Of a stretch of 64,000 nucleotides of DNA, positions 31,655 to 44,856 are shown piece by piece. The position numbers and the translations under genes are program-made. The DNA comes from Oopsacas minuta (lineage: Eukaryota > Animalia > Porifera). Within the stretch, counting starts at the first letter, position 1, and the number at the start of each line of letters is the position of its first letter. The stretch covers positions 760,619 to 824,618 of the forward strand of contig JAKMXF010000111.1 of the NCBI GenBank assembly GCA_024704765.1. The letters run 5' to 3'. Below the pieces are notes generated by a model. The model ran no database searches and had not been told where the DNA came from. It saw only the letters and a list, made by a program, of their open reading frames with translations.

Positions 31655-34600
31655 CTATTTCTCTCTGGTTTGTGGATGCATCTGCAATCTAGCTGGATCT
31701 AGTGTATGGTATTGTGATTGAGGATATATGTTCCCTGGTGGGAATATATAAGAAGGAACTCTAGGCAGAAAATACTGACCAAAGTTATGTGGCATATTTT
31801 TAGTGTAGAGATTCTGTAGCGTGGGATTTAATTGTACACCATGTTGCTGTCTGCAGGGAGACAGCTGGGTATGTGACTGGGGGTAGGACTGTAGCATAAC
31901 GGGGGGCATAGCTCCCTGGGGTGATATTCCAAGTGGCTTCGCATGACCGTAGGAAGAAGTGGGTAGTGCAAGGGGGTCGATAACATGGGGGGTGGGAGAG
32001 ATACGGGGACGTTTGTTATGAGAGTTGGATTGGGAGAGCTTTTCTGGAGAAGGTACAGGAGATTGTAGGAGGGATTGTAGTTTAAATGGCTGTCTGGATT
32101 GTATAGGATTTATGCTTGGGAGTCTTGACTCCATGTTTGATTGCATCTCAAATGCAGATTGTCTTAATAGCGATTGTTCTAGCATATTCCGTGAGGAGTA
32201 TCCCTGTTCTATTCTATCTGACATAGAATCATTCAAAATTTGTCTAGATTGAAATGAATCAAGTGATCCGCTAGGAGCTGTGAGATCTATCTTATTCTGC
32301 ATGTTAGCATACCTGTTTGTTAGAGTATCTAACGGAACAGGTATGTTCTGTACAGGATCAGGAGAGTTAGTGACGTCAGACTTTTGTCGTCTTGAGAGAG
32401 CTTGTCTAGCCAGTTGTTGTTGTTGCAACAGGTGTTGGTAGTGAGCAGCTTGTCCATCTTGTATGGTATTATTTAAGGGGGTTACATCAACCTTATTCTC
32501 CTCTCCTGCCCACTCACCCTGCTCCAACAGACGAATTCCTCGTGATTGAGAACCGTATGGCTGAGAGGGAACAGAGTTTTGTTGAGACATGACCTGTTGG
32601 TACTTTTTGTAATGTCCTGGGTCAACAGACTGCTGGTAATAAGATCTATTCATTTGTAGATCACTATCTTGATCAGTTATCCTACCTCCTATATGATAAC
32701 TAGACATATTGTTAGGTTGTCTGTTTGTTTGTTGTGACAATGCTTCTTGATAAATAACATTTTCATGCTGAGAGAGACAAGCAGATTGAGTGAGGGGATT
32801 TTCAGATGACATCATAATAGTATTATTAGTATGTGAATAGTTGTATACAGGTTCTTCTATATAGTTCTGGTAATGAGAAGTAGTACCATTCATAGACGGT
32901 GTTTTAACTGAGTTATCTAACTGTGGAATAGCATTGTAGTTATTTATCTGGTTACATTGAGATGTAACATCGTCATCAGAAGATTGTGTATTGTTAATTT
33001 GGATATTTTTAACCTCTTTTATAGTATTCAATTGGTTACGTTGTGTATTATTATTTGCACTGTTTGTGACTTGTGACTCGTATTTGTTGATATTATCTTG
33101 TTGACCTGTATAATCATGTTTAGGAACTACTTTACTATCTGGTTTGACAAAATAATTTTCTGTATTATTATCTTTTTCAGTTTTAGGAGTGAGAGGGTGG
33201 CCCATACGTATCCTCTTAGGGTCAGGGGATCGTGGACTTTTCAACACCTCTTCTCCCCGTCCTTGAGGACAATTCTCTTGAGATCCGACTAGTCTCTCCC
33301 CTTCATCTATCCATCCTGCCATTGATATAGACCCATCCTCTACACCCTGTACTTGTTGTAGTTCTAGCTCTCGTAAGGCTAGTTTCTGCTGTCTAGCAGA
33401 TAGAGTCTCTCTATGTAAGGCCTCTTCACCAGCTGATTGGAGGTACTCAGCCATTAGTGTAGAGGCCCATATCTGTAGATCTGTGTCTTGTATCTTGTTA
33501 GCTAGCTGGAATGCAGGAGGTATCATAGTGCTAGCTTCCTCCTTCTTCCCTATAGCCATGAATACCTTACCCAGTAATATTAGTGTACATGCTACTAGCT
33601 TGTGCAAATCTTCTGTGTTAGCTAGGACTACTGCCTCTTTTAGGGCAGCCTTTGCTTCTGGTAGACTCTGTAGCAGAGCTTGATGTAGTCCTATAACAAA
33701 GTTAGTAGCAGCGTTAAGGTTGAGTGCTTCAGAAGGCAAATGGTTATTACGTAACGTTTTAAGTTTATTCATTATCTGGGTCATTACGTCACTATCATAA
33801 TACTGAGATCCTAGCTTGACATAGCAAATACTCATGTGTATTAGGGCTTGCATCTGTAAGAACACGTCTGTTGTATGAGTACCAGATTTAGGAGTATCAA
33901 GGGAGAGCTGAAAGTGAGAGAGAGCAAGTTTGAAACGATCCTGTCCGAATAGATAGAGTCCTGTTAACATGTGGTGAGCTAGAGGGTCATTGGGGCGTGT
34001 GAGTAACATTTCTGTCTGTTGGAGGAGGAGAGGAACCTCTGAGAGAGATCCCTTAACGATGTAGCATACGCATAGATTGTGTAGTACAAGAGTTTTAAAC
34101 TGGTCAGCTAGCGTCTTTGGGATATTATCTCCGGATAATCCATCCCATGGCTGAGCTAGTAGTATCTCAGTTTGCTGGGAAATTAGTCGTAGAGCTTTAT
34201 CTGCATACCCAATGGCTCTATCGGTTGCCCCTGATTGCATGGGATGTAACATACTGATTAAATATACCAACTGGAATAAGTTATCTCTCTGTATCCAGAT
34301 GAAATTATCTCCAGTTGGTGTTAACTCGTTTGTCTCAGATTCTGGACTGTTAGAGTGTGAAATTTCGCGAGCAAACAGCTGTAGCTCTTTCAATTGTCCT
34401 TTATACGTTAGAATCTTACCAAGTTGTAATGCGCTTAGTAGAGAAATAGTGTGATGAGAAGCTTTAAGAATTGTACATGAAGGATGCTCTAACTTCTCTA
34501 AGCGAGTGAAAAGATCTGTAGAGACTGCAGCAGCCTCTTTATACTTAAACTCAAGATTGTATTGCAAGAACTGCATTAGCATGAAGTATAGCTGAGCTGT

Positions 34601-35178
34601 AGTAGCAGAGTTCTTTTCACAGTACTTAACTCCTCGAGCTAGTGTTGTATGGAAGCTAACTAGGTCTCCTATGAAGCGATACAGGTCTGCGAGTTGAAAG
34701 AGAAATGTAGAATACCAGAATAGATTATCTTCTGATTCCTCTCGTGCTGCTTTTAACACCTAAATATATTATATAAACATCTATACAATAGAGATATAGT
34801 TTGATAACTAACCTGCTTTGCTGCTTGTGTATTACCAGTATTGAGATATACCTTAGCCAATAAGTGTAGACAGGGGAATTTGACTTGATTTATGTTACCC
34901 AGAGATTGACATAGAACTCTACACTGTTCTAGACGAGCACATAGTTCCTTATTGTTATTACAGTAGTTGTATAACAGATAGGATATTTGTAGTAAAACAC
35001 GAGCATGTATTCTCTGAGGAGGAGTTAAGGATAGAATAGCATGTAAACAGAGTATACTCTCTAAGATGCGAGGAGGTTTAAGATCGTAGAAATGTATTGC
35101 TGCTGTTTGTAGAGATTCTATAGTCTCCTCTGATTCAGTACTGTTACATCTGTCACGAGATCTTGAGTGGTGTGTCAT
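31655..35178 (-). CDS. MAU2: MAU2 cohesin loader subunit with long low-complexity C-extension; exons 35178-34813, 34759-31655
   Basis: KPPRILESILCLHAI...PPQRIHARVLLQ, NTEDLHKLVACTLILLG, LANKIQDTDLQIWA match MAU2 TPRs; phase-0 intron. Confidence 0.9.
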
Positions 35179-35649
35179 GTTATGAGGTACAAATAAATTG
35201 CTATTACTTAGAGTATATCAGCGATGATTAAATGCGATGTAAGTTAGTGTAAAGGAACTCACAATATAAAGTGGTACAAAATTTGTATCATACTCAACGG
35301 ATTTTATACAACTGTAAATAAGCAAAATGTAATACTATCCGTGAACTAACTAACATAATTTTGACAACATCTTAATCAGATTATTCATGGAAATGATGTA
35401 GAATTGTGGATAAATACTAGTATAATTATCGCATACACATATACAGGCCTATAGCTAGTATATGCTAACAGTGACACATTAATTTCGGTTATACTTCAGG
35501 AAATAGTATTCTAAAACTCTTTAGAATATCAAATTTACTAAGAGGATAAGACTAATCGTCTATGACCACAATACATATGTAATTAATCTTATAAGAACTA
35601 CAAATTCTACCTACATTCTGATCTGCTACAAATTCTAACTAATCGACAT

Positions 35650-36347
35650 TTAATCACTCATGTCAGAGTCTCCTCCTGCATCACTTCCAGCCCTGGCCTT
35701 CTTAGCGTCCTTAGCAATATTCTTCCTCTTAACTCGTCCTACACGCCCTCCCCCTAGGGGACTGGTAAGGGCATATTCTATGTGCTGTTGAGAGTCTAGA
35801 CGGACCATAAAGCTAGGCACTGTTACAATTTGTTTGCGAACTCTAATATGTCTCTGTCTGATAAGAACACGAGCATGATGTACTGATCTAGCAAGATTAC
35901 GCTTGAATACCTACAAGTAATAGATTATATCATTTATAAAGATTTGTTAATTAGAACTTCTAACCTGTGTCTGTAGTCTGCGTTCAAGAAAATCTTCTAA
36001 TTTTAGTCCTAGCACATAATCTAGCTTCATTTTCCCTTCTTCTAGTACTCCTACCTTTACCAACCGTCTCAATAAGGCATTACCCTCGAATAATCTATAA
36101 TAGCATTAATTCAATACAATACAAATTTTTATTCTATAAGAAATCACCTTTTAGGGTGTTTTTCATCTAGAGTTAGCAGTTCTCTAGCTCCCTTCCTGAT
36201 CTTAGCTAGTGTGTATTTAACTCTCCAGAGTTCTCTCTTATTCCTCAGACCGAAATCTCCAATCAATCTCAGCTCCTGGTTCAAACGCTCCTTCTCGAAA
36301 GGACGTCTTGGAGTCTGGTATGTCTTGGAGCAGACTATCTTAGGCAT
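35650..36347 (-). CDS. RPS9: 40S ribosomal protein S9 (uS4); exons 36347-36148, 36094-35965, 35910-35650
   Basis: [17 protein letters not shown]|[19 protein letters not shown]|[12 protein letters not shown]. Confidence 0.96.
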
Positions 36348-36617
36348 AACTAATCACTAATAATTATAATTATAGAATATACAAAGTTGAGATCAGCAAA
36401 TATTGTTACAACTGAGATTTGTTGCAAAGATTGGTAATCAATTGCTAACCTAACTTCGCATACACAAGTGTATCTGGCAAATATTGTTCTGTTTATAAAT
36501 GAGACATTCGAGTGAATAAAGGATGTATTACAAGTGATAAATACACAAAATATAACTTAGGAATTATAGAAAATACATTTATTAATAATTTAAATTCGAA
36601 AAGTGATAATACGCAGA

Positions 36618-38670
36618 TTATTCCTGTTGTTGGTGAGCTTGTGATAATGCAACTATTCTCTCCACTCTCTGCTGCTCACGTTGATATTCCCCTAACAGAT
36701 ACCTCTCCTCTAAGTTCCGTGACCTCTCCTGCTGTAGGATAGCCAGCTGTTCATCACGTGCATGCCACGACTTACGAAGCTTTGCTCGTTCTCGACTGAG
36801 TCGCTGTGACATATTTTCTTCATCCTAAAGTGTAGAGTTAACCATAGCCTTTTATTATTAATGTAAGTCACATTACATTGAAGCTCAAGAATCCGCGATA
36901 ATATCAATCGGAATTCTATATACCCGATTAAGTATATGTTATTTTGCCAGTTGTGGATCATATTTGTACAATTTTAGACTTCTGATATAAACGGGCATTT
37001 CCATATAACTGGAGTTAACTGTATAAGCAAACAACCTTTTTGGTTTGCATAGCTATCTCCTTCATCTTTTTAGTATTATCCCTCTTAAGAGCATACAAAT
37101 CATTCTCTAATTGTTCTACTAACTGCATCTGTTGTGTTTTATCTTGATCTCTGTTACGTGCTAGCATGAATGCTCTCTGTTCCATCATGTCACCTGCCCT
37201 GACACACTTCTTCAGGTCTCTAACTGCATATTCACGTTTCTTAAGTCCATCTTCACGTGTGACGTTATTTGCACGTTTCTCCCATTCCTGCACAGCTTTT
37301 GCATTTCTCTCTTTTAGAGATTCTGTAGCTGCTTGTATACGCGATTCCTTCTTATAGTTAGCAGCATCCAGACGCTCTTCAATACTATCAAACACACAGA
37401 GTCACTATCTCATTATTTATAATTCATAATTCTTACCTTGCCTCCAATAGATTATGATATGCTTCATTCTTAGCAACTTCTAGCAACTGTATCTGATCCA
37501 GATTTTTGCTCAGTCCCAGTTGTACCTCTACCATATCCCATCCTACTCTCCTTCCCTGACCTCTCAATCTATCCTTCTTAGCACTGATACTGACGTCAGC
37601 AGCTGATTGAGACTTCTGAATCTTTGCGTCCCTGGTACCCTTCTGTCTCCACTCCTGAGTGACGTTCTCCTCCGTCAGGCGGGAGGAGGCGATGTCTCGG
37701 AGATTGTCACTTCTGCTCTGTTTTAACTCGTTTTTGTCTCTAGCTCTGAATTCTTGATGTTGTCTGTTTAGACCTGAATACAAAATGGTATAAATATAAC
37801 CTCTTAGAATAAATGTATAAGCTATTCTACCAATAGCAATTTGTGTTAACTCCTTCTTGAGGTTAATTTGCTCCTCTTCCTTCCTCCTCATTCTATCCTC
37901 AAACTCTCCACTCAGCTGTTTTATCTCATGTGTCTTCATTTCCAGAGCATCGCTAAGTTTCTTGAATCTATACTCTCCTTCTGTTTCTAGTTTTGTAACT
38001 TTCTTCCTGTTCTCATTCAAACGTTGTATTCTACACACAAATGACACAATTGTGTAAATATCAAGCATATGATATATCATATAATAATTTACCTATCTCT
38101 ATATCTGCTAATATTCTCCTTGTTCTTATCAGATTTTCCTTTCACTTCCGTCTGCATGAACCTGTCTATCCCTCTATTATTCTCCTGTTGTGCTCGTAGC
38201 CTTTCCAGCTGTTTAGAACTACGTTCATTATCCCACCTATTCAAGCTAGCCTGTATGTCTCTCTGTTCAGTGCTTAGCTCTCCTTCCATCTTCCTCAGGT
38301 CACGGTCCGCTTGTTTGTAGCTCAGTAGTTGGTTCTCAATTTTAGTCAAGTACCGCTCGTGATCAGACATGGAATCGCGTGTACGCTTATTGATTGTTTG
38401 GGCGTTGGGACGACTGGATACACGTACCCCTCGTGTCTTGTCACCAGGGGCAGACGAGGGCCGCTTTCTATTCGCGTAGAGGAGAGAGGGAGAATTGTAA
38501 ATGTCCAGCTGCCGCATGAATTGATTATGGCCCCTTTCAGATGTTGGATCAACATGATCGTTCTTCAGACGCTCACGGACGTTCTCCAACCGCTCCATTA
38601 ACCCTGTGAACTTAGGAGGTACCCCTTGGAGGATAGGATCAGAACCTTTGGCGAGAGAGAGTTGAGGCAT
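36618..38670 (-). CDS. Uncharacterised coiled-coil protein; exons 38670-38093, 38030-37831, 37773-37437, 37384-37036, 36824-36618
   Basis: Five ORF pieces join in frame through phase-matched GT-AG introns. E/K/R/Q-rich heptads throughout. Confidence 0.75.
36865..37021. mobile_element. MITE family A, degraded copy in last intron of the coiled-coil gene
   Basis: GAAGCTCAAGAATCCGCGATA, CATATTTGTACAATTTTAGACTTC, and right end ATATAACTGGAGTTAACTG followed by TA. Confidence 0.65.
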
Positions 38671-38829
38671 TCTATTTATTTCCCAAATTTAAAACAATAA
38701 TAAATTCAGTAATAGTAAATTACAGTAATATTTCACTGGTCGATCTTATCAAAATACAGTGATTAGTACAAGAGACCAGGTTGTTATCCGTGGAAATGGT
38801 ATAAAAATAAAAATTGTAGTAAGAAAGTA

Positions 38830-39273
38830 TTAGAAGTGATTGTAAACTGGAGTTAGTGGGAGAGGGGTTTTGGGAAGGTTGTACTTGCTGAATTGGAGGG
38901 TCTGTGAGGGAGGAGTGCGAAACTTAACACGTGACCAGTTCTGGTAACCAAGCGCAGATCGCGGACGTACAACAGAAGTTGGCCTAGAAGCAGACAGTAC
39001 ACGAATATCATCCTCAAGATCAGAAAGGTCAAGAGCTACTGCACGGAGATTACGCTTGATATGTGAGATTTGATGAATAGCACCAGAACGCCAGATCTCA
39101 ATAGGATCACGTCTTTCCATATTGGACTCTTTAACAAGAGCCCATCCTCCTGTAAGGACAGGATTCTTAGTGTTAGCGAGGTGTTGACTCCTCTTAGGGA
39201 GAGAGTAACCTGTAATCGACCTTGATGGAGGAGAAGAGAATACTCTAGGGCGAGATGTTAGTTGTGATGACAT
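38830..39273 (-). CDS. Uncharacterised 147-aa basic S/P/R-rich protein with a short coiled coil
   Basis: GC-richer ORF from ATG 39273, preceded by a TAG acceptor-like site. No family recognised. Confidence 0.6.
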   Translation of the reverse strand: MSSQLTSRPRVFSSPPSRSITGYSLPKRSQHLANTKNPVLTGGWALVKESNMERRDPIEIWRSGAIHQISHIKRNLRAVALDLSDLEDDIRVLSASRPTSVVRPRSALGYQNWSRVKFRTPPSQTLQFSKYNLPKTPLPLTPVYNHF

Positions 39274-39614
39274 AGTGCTAGAATAGAAATGGATTGACAC
39301 GAAAGTTAAGCTATTTATAGGGATATCATATGAAAGAACATTTGATTGGTCCAGAAATATGTTAAATAAAAGGTATGCACAAGAATACAATGTGACGTCA
39401 CGTGTCAGAAATACGTATCTATTTTGTTAATAGTATAAACCCGGGGCGTCTACAGGCTTTTCATTAATTAATATGTTAGTAGAAATTACTAAGATTCGAA
39501 ACAAAAATGGTCAGATTAGGATATACAAACTAACAAACGATGATTCTAGCCTATTCACAAATAAATGATATAAAGTAACAAATTCAATGCTAAGAGGGAG
39601 CATGCGATAGGACA

Positions 39615-40004
39615 TTACGCCGAGTGGAGGATAAGTCGAAAATTGTGAAGGAAGATCATCAGTGAACTGTTCTCTGGTGAGAATTTTGTAATAAATGTTT
39701 CTGCAAATGAGAAAGGGGCATCTTGATCAGCTAATAGTTGTCCGAATACGCAAATCAATACAGTATCTCCGAGCAAGAAATGATCATAGCTTGTAATTTT
39801 ATGTTGACAAGATTGAAATGGAAGACTTTTGTATTTGTCAGCAATACCTTGTCTCGTAGTGATATCTTGTCCTTCATATTTGAGAAGTGCAGTCTCGTCG
39901 TATAACTGATACAGAGTAGTACGAGTTTCTACATCTTGATCAAACCGCTGGTAGTACGCAGTAAGGAAGGCTGCCACTAGTTCAGCGGGATTAATTGCTG
40001 CCAT
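39615..40004 (-). CDS. NUTF2: Nuclear transport factor 2 family protein, intronless
   Basis: AFLTAYYQRFD...LYQLY...LKYEG, LPFQSCQHKI, VFGQLLADQD...F.ETF, FRL. NXT1 is not excluded. Confidence 0.8.
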   Translation of the reverse strand: MAAINPAELVAAFLTAYYQRFDQDVETRTTLYQLYDETALLKYEGQDITTRQGIADKYKSLPFQSCQHKITSYDHFLLGDTVLICVFGQLLADQDAPFSFAETFITKFSPENSSLMIFLHNFRLILHSA

Positions 40005-40049
40005 TTCGTTAGGAAACTAATATTACAAATATAAAGATTTATAATTGGA

Positions 40050-40182
40050 AGGGATTAGTGAAACTAAATCAGGACACCAATCAAGAATAAGGGAGGATGG
40101 CACTCACCATCTTGATGTGGGTGCTGGTGGAGCTGAAACAAGTTTTCAACTATTAATCGCCAAATCGATTCATATATTCATG

Positions 40183-40233
<51 letters not shown>

Positions 40234-43200
40234 TATAAGCTACAATATACATTACTGGAATTACTGGAATCGCTAGAAATGTAGATACAGGTAATACCAC
40301 TAATACAGGTATAATTCAGGATTCATAAAAACAAGTAGAAATAGTTGATTCTTATAAGTAGAATCGAGTATAATAACATTATAAAGATAGAGATAGTACA
40401 AGAGACATAAATGAAGTAGCCCTTCATAAATAGTTTAACTTGTACTTTCGTGAGAGAGAGGGTGTTGGAAGTGCTGTCGGGTCGCTGAAATAGTTGGTTC
40501 TGAGAATACTTGTTAAAAGAATTCCCAGATGTACATAGAATAGAATATTTAGTACAGTCAACATCCGGTAACTCTAACATTCGTTGTCTCGAAATGATTT
40601 TGATTTCCGAGTGTTCGAGTTACTTGATGTTAAGTGTATTTATAAGACTTACTTCTCTCATGATCCATATGGAAATAATGACTAGCTGCTGAGGGAGTAT
40701 ACCTCTTTTTCACTTCGGCATTGATCCTCTCCTTCTGTTCTGATATACTGAGAATATGAATAAATAAAATAATGAAATATACCATTTAGTATTTTATATA
40801 TTCATCTTACTGTCTATCTTCGATCGGATTAAAGTCTCTCTTAGTAGTGGATTCAGATGTATTCTCTTGTCTTTGGAAAGCATTGTGTTGAGTAGTCAGG
40901 AATTGAGAAAAATCATGATAATCTATCATTCCATCTTTATCATGATCACACCTATAAAATTCAAAAATTATGTTATAATGTTCGCGTTTGCTAACCAGTT
41001 TGGTAAACAAACCTATCCATGAGATCTTGTAAATCCTTTTCTGTTATATTGATCCCTTGCTGATAGCAGATGTCCACGATATCTTGTGGAGCAATTCTAC
41101 CACCCCTACGTATAATAGTATATTACTCACCAAAATATTCACTTAGATATACAGCCTCAGTCAGAGGATTTTTATCGATGTCAGCAAGTAATGAATAATC
41201 ATCACAGAAAACCTGTGTTGAAGTGTACTAATAGTAAGTATTTCACTACAAACTGACTCAACCCAAATGCCAGGTAACATCATAGGCTGTTGAATAGAAT
41301 AGAATAGAATAATGTGGAGTAAATACATTGCAATATCTGTGAATGTGGGTTAGTATGAACGTACAGATCTTTGTCGAATTCGAGGAAAGCTTTTCTCAGG
41401 TTTAAGTTAACTGGGTCGCGAGGATTAACGTGTCTATTGAGATAGAATGTATTAGAAATAATCTAGAACGCGTTATAACACAAAAATACTGACTTGGCTG
41501 AAGCTGCACGTTTCAATTTATTCTCTAGTATAAGAGTGTCATCAGCAGAGCTGTTGTTAGTCTTTTCTCTAAAAACAAATATCAAATAAATAGAATAAAC
41601 AGTGAAAAATATAGAATATTTGCATACCTTGGAAACACAGAAAAATGTGAAGTAGGAAGGTTGGATGCACCAGCAGGAGCTGTGTTATAGTCAGGGGGAT
41701 AACCCATGAACTGACAGGTCTAATGATGTAATAAAACGAATAAAGATTATTTAAATTCAACAAATATTCTAACCATTTCTGAGGCATTAGGTGAACAGGA
41801 TGATCCAAATTCAAAATGAGTCTTCCTGTTATCTTTCAGTCTGGAGTTAGTTCTAGCTGTCTCAGCTCTCTGTCGTTGTATTATATCTTTGTCTAGACTC
41901 TGTGGAGACCTGAATGTCCGCTAAGATAATAAGTTAGATCAGTTTAATGCGAGGTTTATAAGTTAAGTAATACGCTGCTAACCTGTGCTTCTGTCTGTTT
42001 GATTGTGTATTCTTCCGGTCTCTCCATAGCAGGCTGTTGAGAGAGCATTTGTACACTTGTTGGAGGTGGAGCTAGACTGGAGGAATGCTCTGGATTCTTT
42101 GGAATATTAAAATTTAGCTGAGTTTCTATAAGATGATGTTAAAGATTTTAATCTTGGATTACTTCTAATTAGATAACAACCTGTTAAACTGAGCTGCTGC
42201 AATCCATCTGATAGCACAACAGAATCCATCCTATCTCTACCTCTATTTATAGAAGTGTCTTGTTTATTAGGAGTAAGGTCTACGTCACCAGACAAAGGAG
42301 CCTTGAACACACTCCTGTTAGTGGTTTGGGGACGGAGTGACTTATCAGAAGGGAAAATCTAAATTTGAGAGAAATTTATTATCTCAGATTTCAATTCACA
42401 CCTCATATTATTACCTTAGAGTCTGGTAGAGGTACTGCAATAGGACAGGAAGGTCTAGTAGACCTATCTTCACAGTTTATATCTGAATGGTAGCGAGTAA
42501 TTCAAAGTAGACTATACTACCACATGTAAAGTAATCACATACCTTGTTGATATACTGACTTAGGGCGCTCTCTAAAATTCCCAAACTACAACAAGAAATA
42601 TCTACTCAATTTCGACACATATTAATATTTAGAAATTTATAAATAAGACAGGATCGAAATATTGACTATTTTACTTAATACATACAAGAGAACGATCGGT
42701 TGACGATATACGCAATTCATAAAATATCATACAAGTTGTATGGCAACCTTGAGATATATATAACTACTATGTCAGGTCGAATACTGAACAAGAAACCCAT
42801 AAGACGCTTGCCTTATCTCAACCAATTAGACATATACGCTGTTTTAAACATATGCACAGAAAAGAATACTTAATAAGTCTCCGTACAAGCCAGCGAATAA
42901 ATGAATAATTAGTATTTGAATTTAACTTATCTTATAATTCTCTAACAAATCATCCAAAAATTAAAATACTAAACTCCGTGAATTTTGTGGATAATGAAAA
43001 TTTGTATGTAACAGAGAGGAATTAAGCTAATGGCTAGACTGGGACAAATAATAATATATAAGCAATAAATTTTCCATCTCTGCTCCGACAAACGTCTCAC
43101 TTAAATAAAACTACATTGAAAAGTGTAGCCAATTACATAATTAACTGATCTAAATTCTAACTTCAAAGTGAGTGCCTGTTTGAAAGTTTGTGCCGAATTT

Positions 43201-43941
43201 GTTAGACCAATCTATAAGAAAAGAAATGACAACAATCTAACAAAATATATTATCTAATTCTAACGAAAAGTGAATACCTATATCACTATCATCAATTATA
43301 GGTTCTGTTGTCTTTGGTTGATTAGCTAGCGTAGGTTTACCAGATCTTGGACGTGATGTAAACTGATTTTTCACCTGAATTAAAAGAATAAAAATAAGTG
43401 AAAGAAGAACCCAGAGATCAGATGGTAGCGTACCTCTGAGGGTATAGGGGAGAAATTATCCTGAGTTGTACTCTCGTAAGTTCCTTCTATGTCCAATGGA
43501 ATATGCTCAGCTACAAAACACCGGAAGTCATCACAAGAAGTATTATTTCATACAAATGAAATTAGAGAAACAAACCTAATAAATACTTTGCAAACCCGAC
43601 GTAGTCAATTCTGCCGTCTCCAAGCGGACTACATCTATGTGAATAATTAAAGCTTCATTCCATTTCAAAGGAATACAAACAATACAACAAATACTTACTC
43701 TTTTATTAGAAGATCTATTTCAGTGTCAGTGATTGGAGAAGAGATGTCATCACAAATCTGTCTCAGACTATCAATAGTAATATACCCACTTTTATCTGTG
43801 TCATACTTTGAAAAAGCAGATAGAACGTTAACACTAGTGGGATCTCTAGGATTCTGGAACTGCTGGTAGTTCTCAGAAAGGAGGTAGCTACGCAGAGCTC
43901 CAATTGCTCCAGAAGCATTGGAGGACTTTATCTGCATCGAC
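40050..43941 (-). CDS. Multi-exon EF-hand protein (EFHB-like modules), 3' portion; exon structure only partly resolved and 3' end approximate
   Basis: Exon 43941-43699 plus exon from 43634 give GAIGALRSYLLSENYQQF...AFSKYDTDKSGYITIDSL...E|CSPLGDGRIDYVGF. A second EF pair near 41100-40900 reads DLQDLMDR|CDHDKDGMIDYHDF. Many small GT-AG-bounded exons lie between. Confidence 0.6.
40192..40231. repeat. (AC)20 microsatellite
   Basis: Direct reading of the sequence. Confidence 0.95.
40555..40636. mobile_element. Small 82-bp MITE
   Basis: TA both sides; TIRs CAGTCAACATCCGGTAACTC and CACTTAACATCAAGTAACTC (16/20). Confidence 0.6.
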
Positions 43942-44856
43942 CTTGAAATAAAGTTACGACATATATATGAACCGACAAAGTTAGGGACAAAATTCACGTA
44001 TGTTAAGTACGAGCATGCAACTAGCTAAAAATATAATAAAATCCGATAAATAGAATAAGCAAACAAGTAAACATAGAATTGTTAGTAATACACATGTAGG
44101 TGATATATCGTACATACATTGCTAGTAAGAGTAATTACGGATCTAGAATTGCAGTATTGTATGCTCATGATACATCATTCAAAGGATTCAGACGTATCAA
44201 AGACATTGCATTAGCTCAATACAATAGTTTATAGGAATGTATTGCAAACCAATTTAGATAGTGATTGATTGAATATGAGCTTCAAACTGAATCAGACAAT
44301 ACAACTAGTGGAGCGTTTACACAAGACAACTGTATGTAAGTCAGCGTAATATGTAATAAAATAATGTAGAAATGATACATGGTGGTGGTAATATAAAACT
44401 TGATATTGCTACCTTAGTGGATAGGCCCATTTACAGATCATAACTCGACTATAAAGCGGAAACAAAATACAGAAATAATCACAAAAGATATTAATCAATC
44501 GTTCAAAATACTTTTACTTCAATAAATTTGTTGTTTGAATTATCAAATGGTAATATAGATACATGGAAATCCGTGAAAATTAACACTAGCAAGTAGAATT
44601 AGAGGTATTTATCAGGAATTCAAGATGTTTACAGCTAATAAATTTGATTCTATAATTTATCATTACAAACATAAGCAAAATGTGTAAAAATCAGAGGATT
44701 TTTGTGAATTTTTCAAGTGGACAGCTCTAGTAAGTATATAGTATGTTTAATGTAGTTTCCGTTCATTATTTCAATTATGAGAATGTAGTAACTGGTGTTA
44801 ACAAAGTAGTGATATATTTTTCTTCATATATTAATTAGAACATTGATTAACAAATA

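Noticed and set aside
40045-40284. ORF with THTHTH tract
   Set aside because: Arises from the (AC)n microsatellite, antisense to the EF-hand gene region.
44275-44341. ATG-initiated mini-exon ending in GTAAGT as a coding first exon of the RyR
   Set aside because: Splicing to the acceptor at 44838 creates an immediate TAA. It could still be a non-coding 5' exon, a cis-splicing alternative for this one gene.
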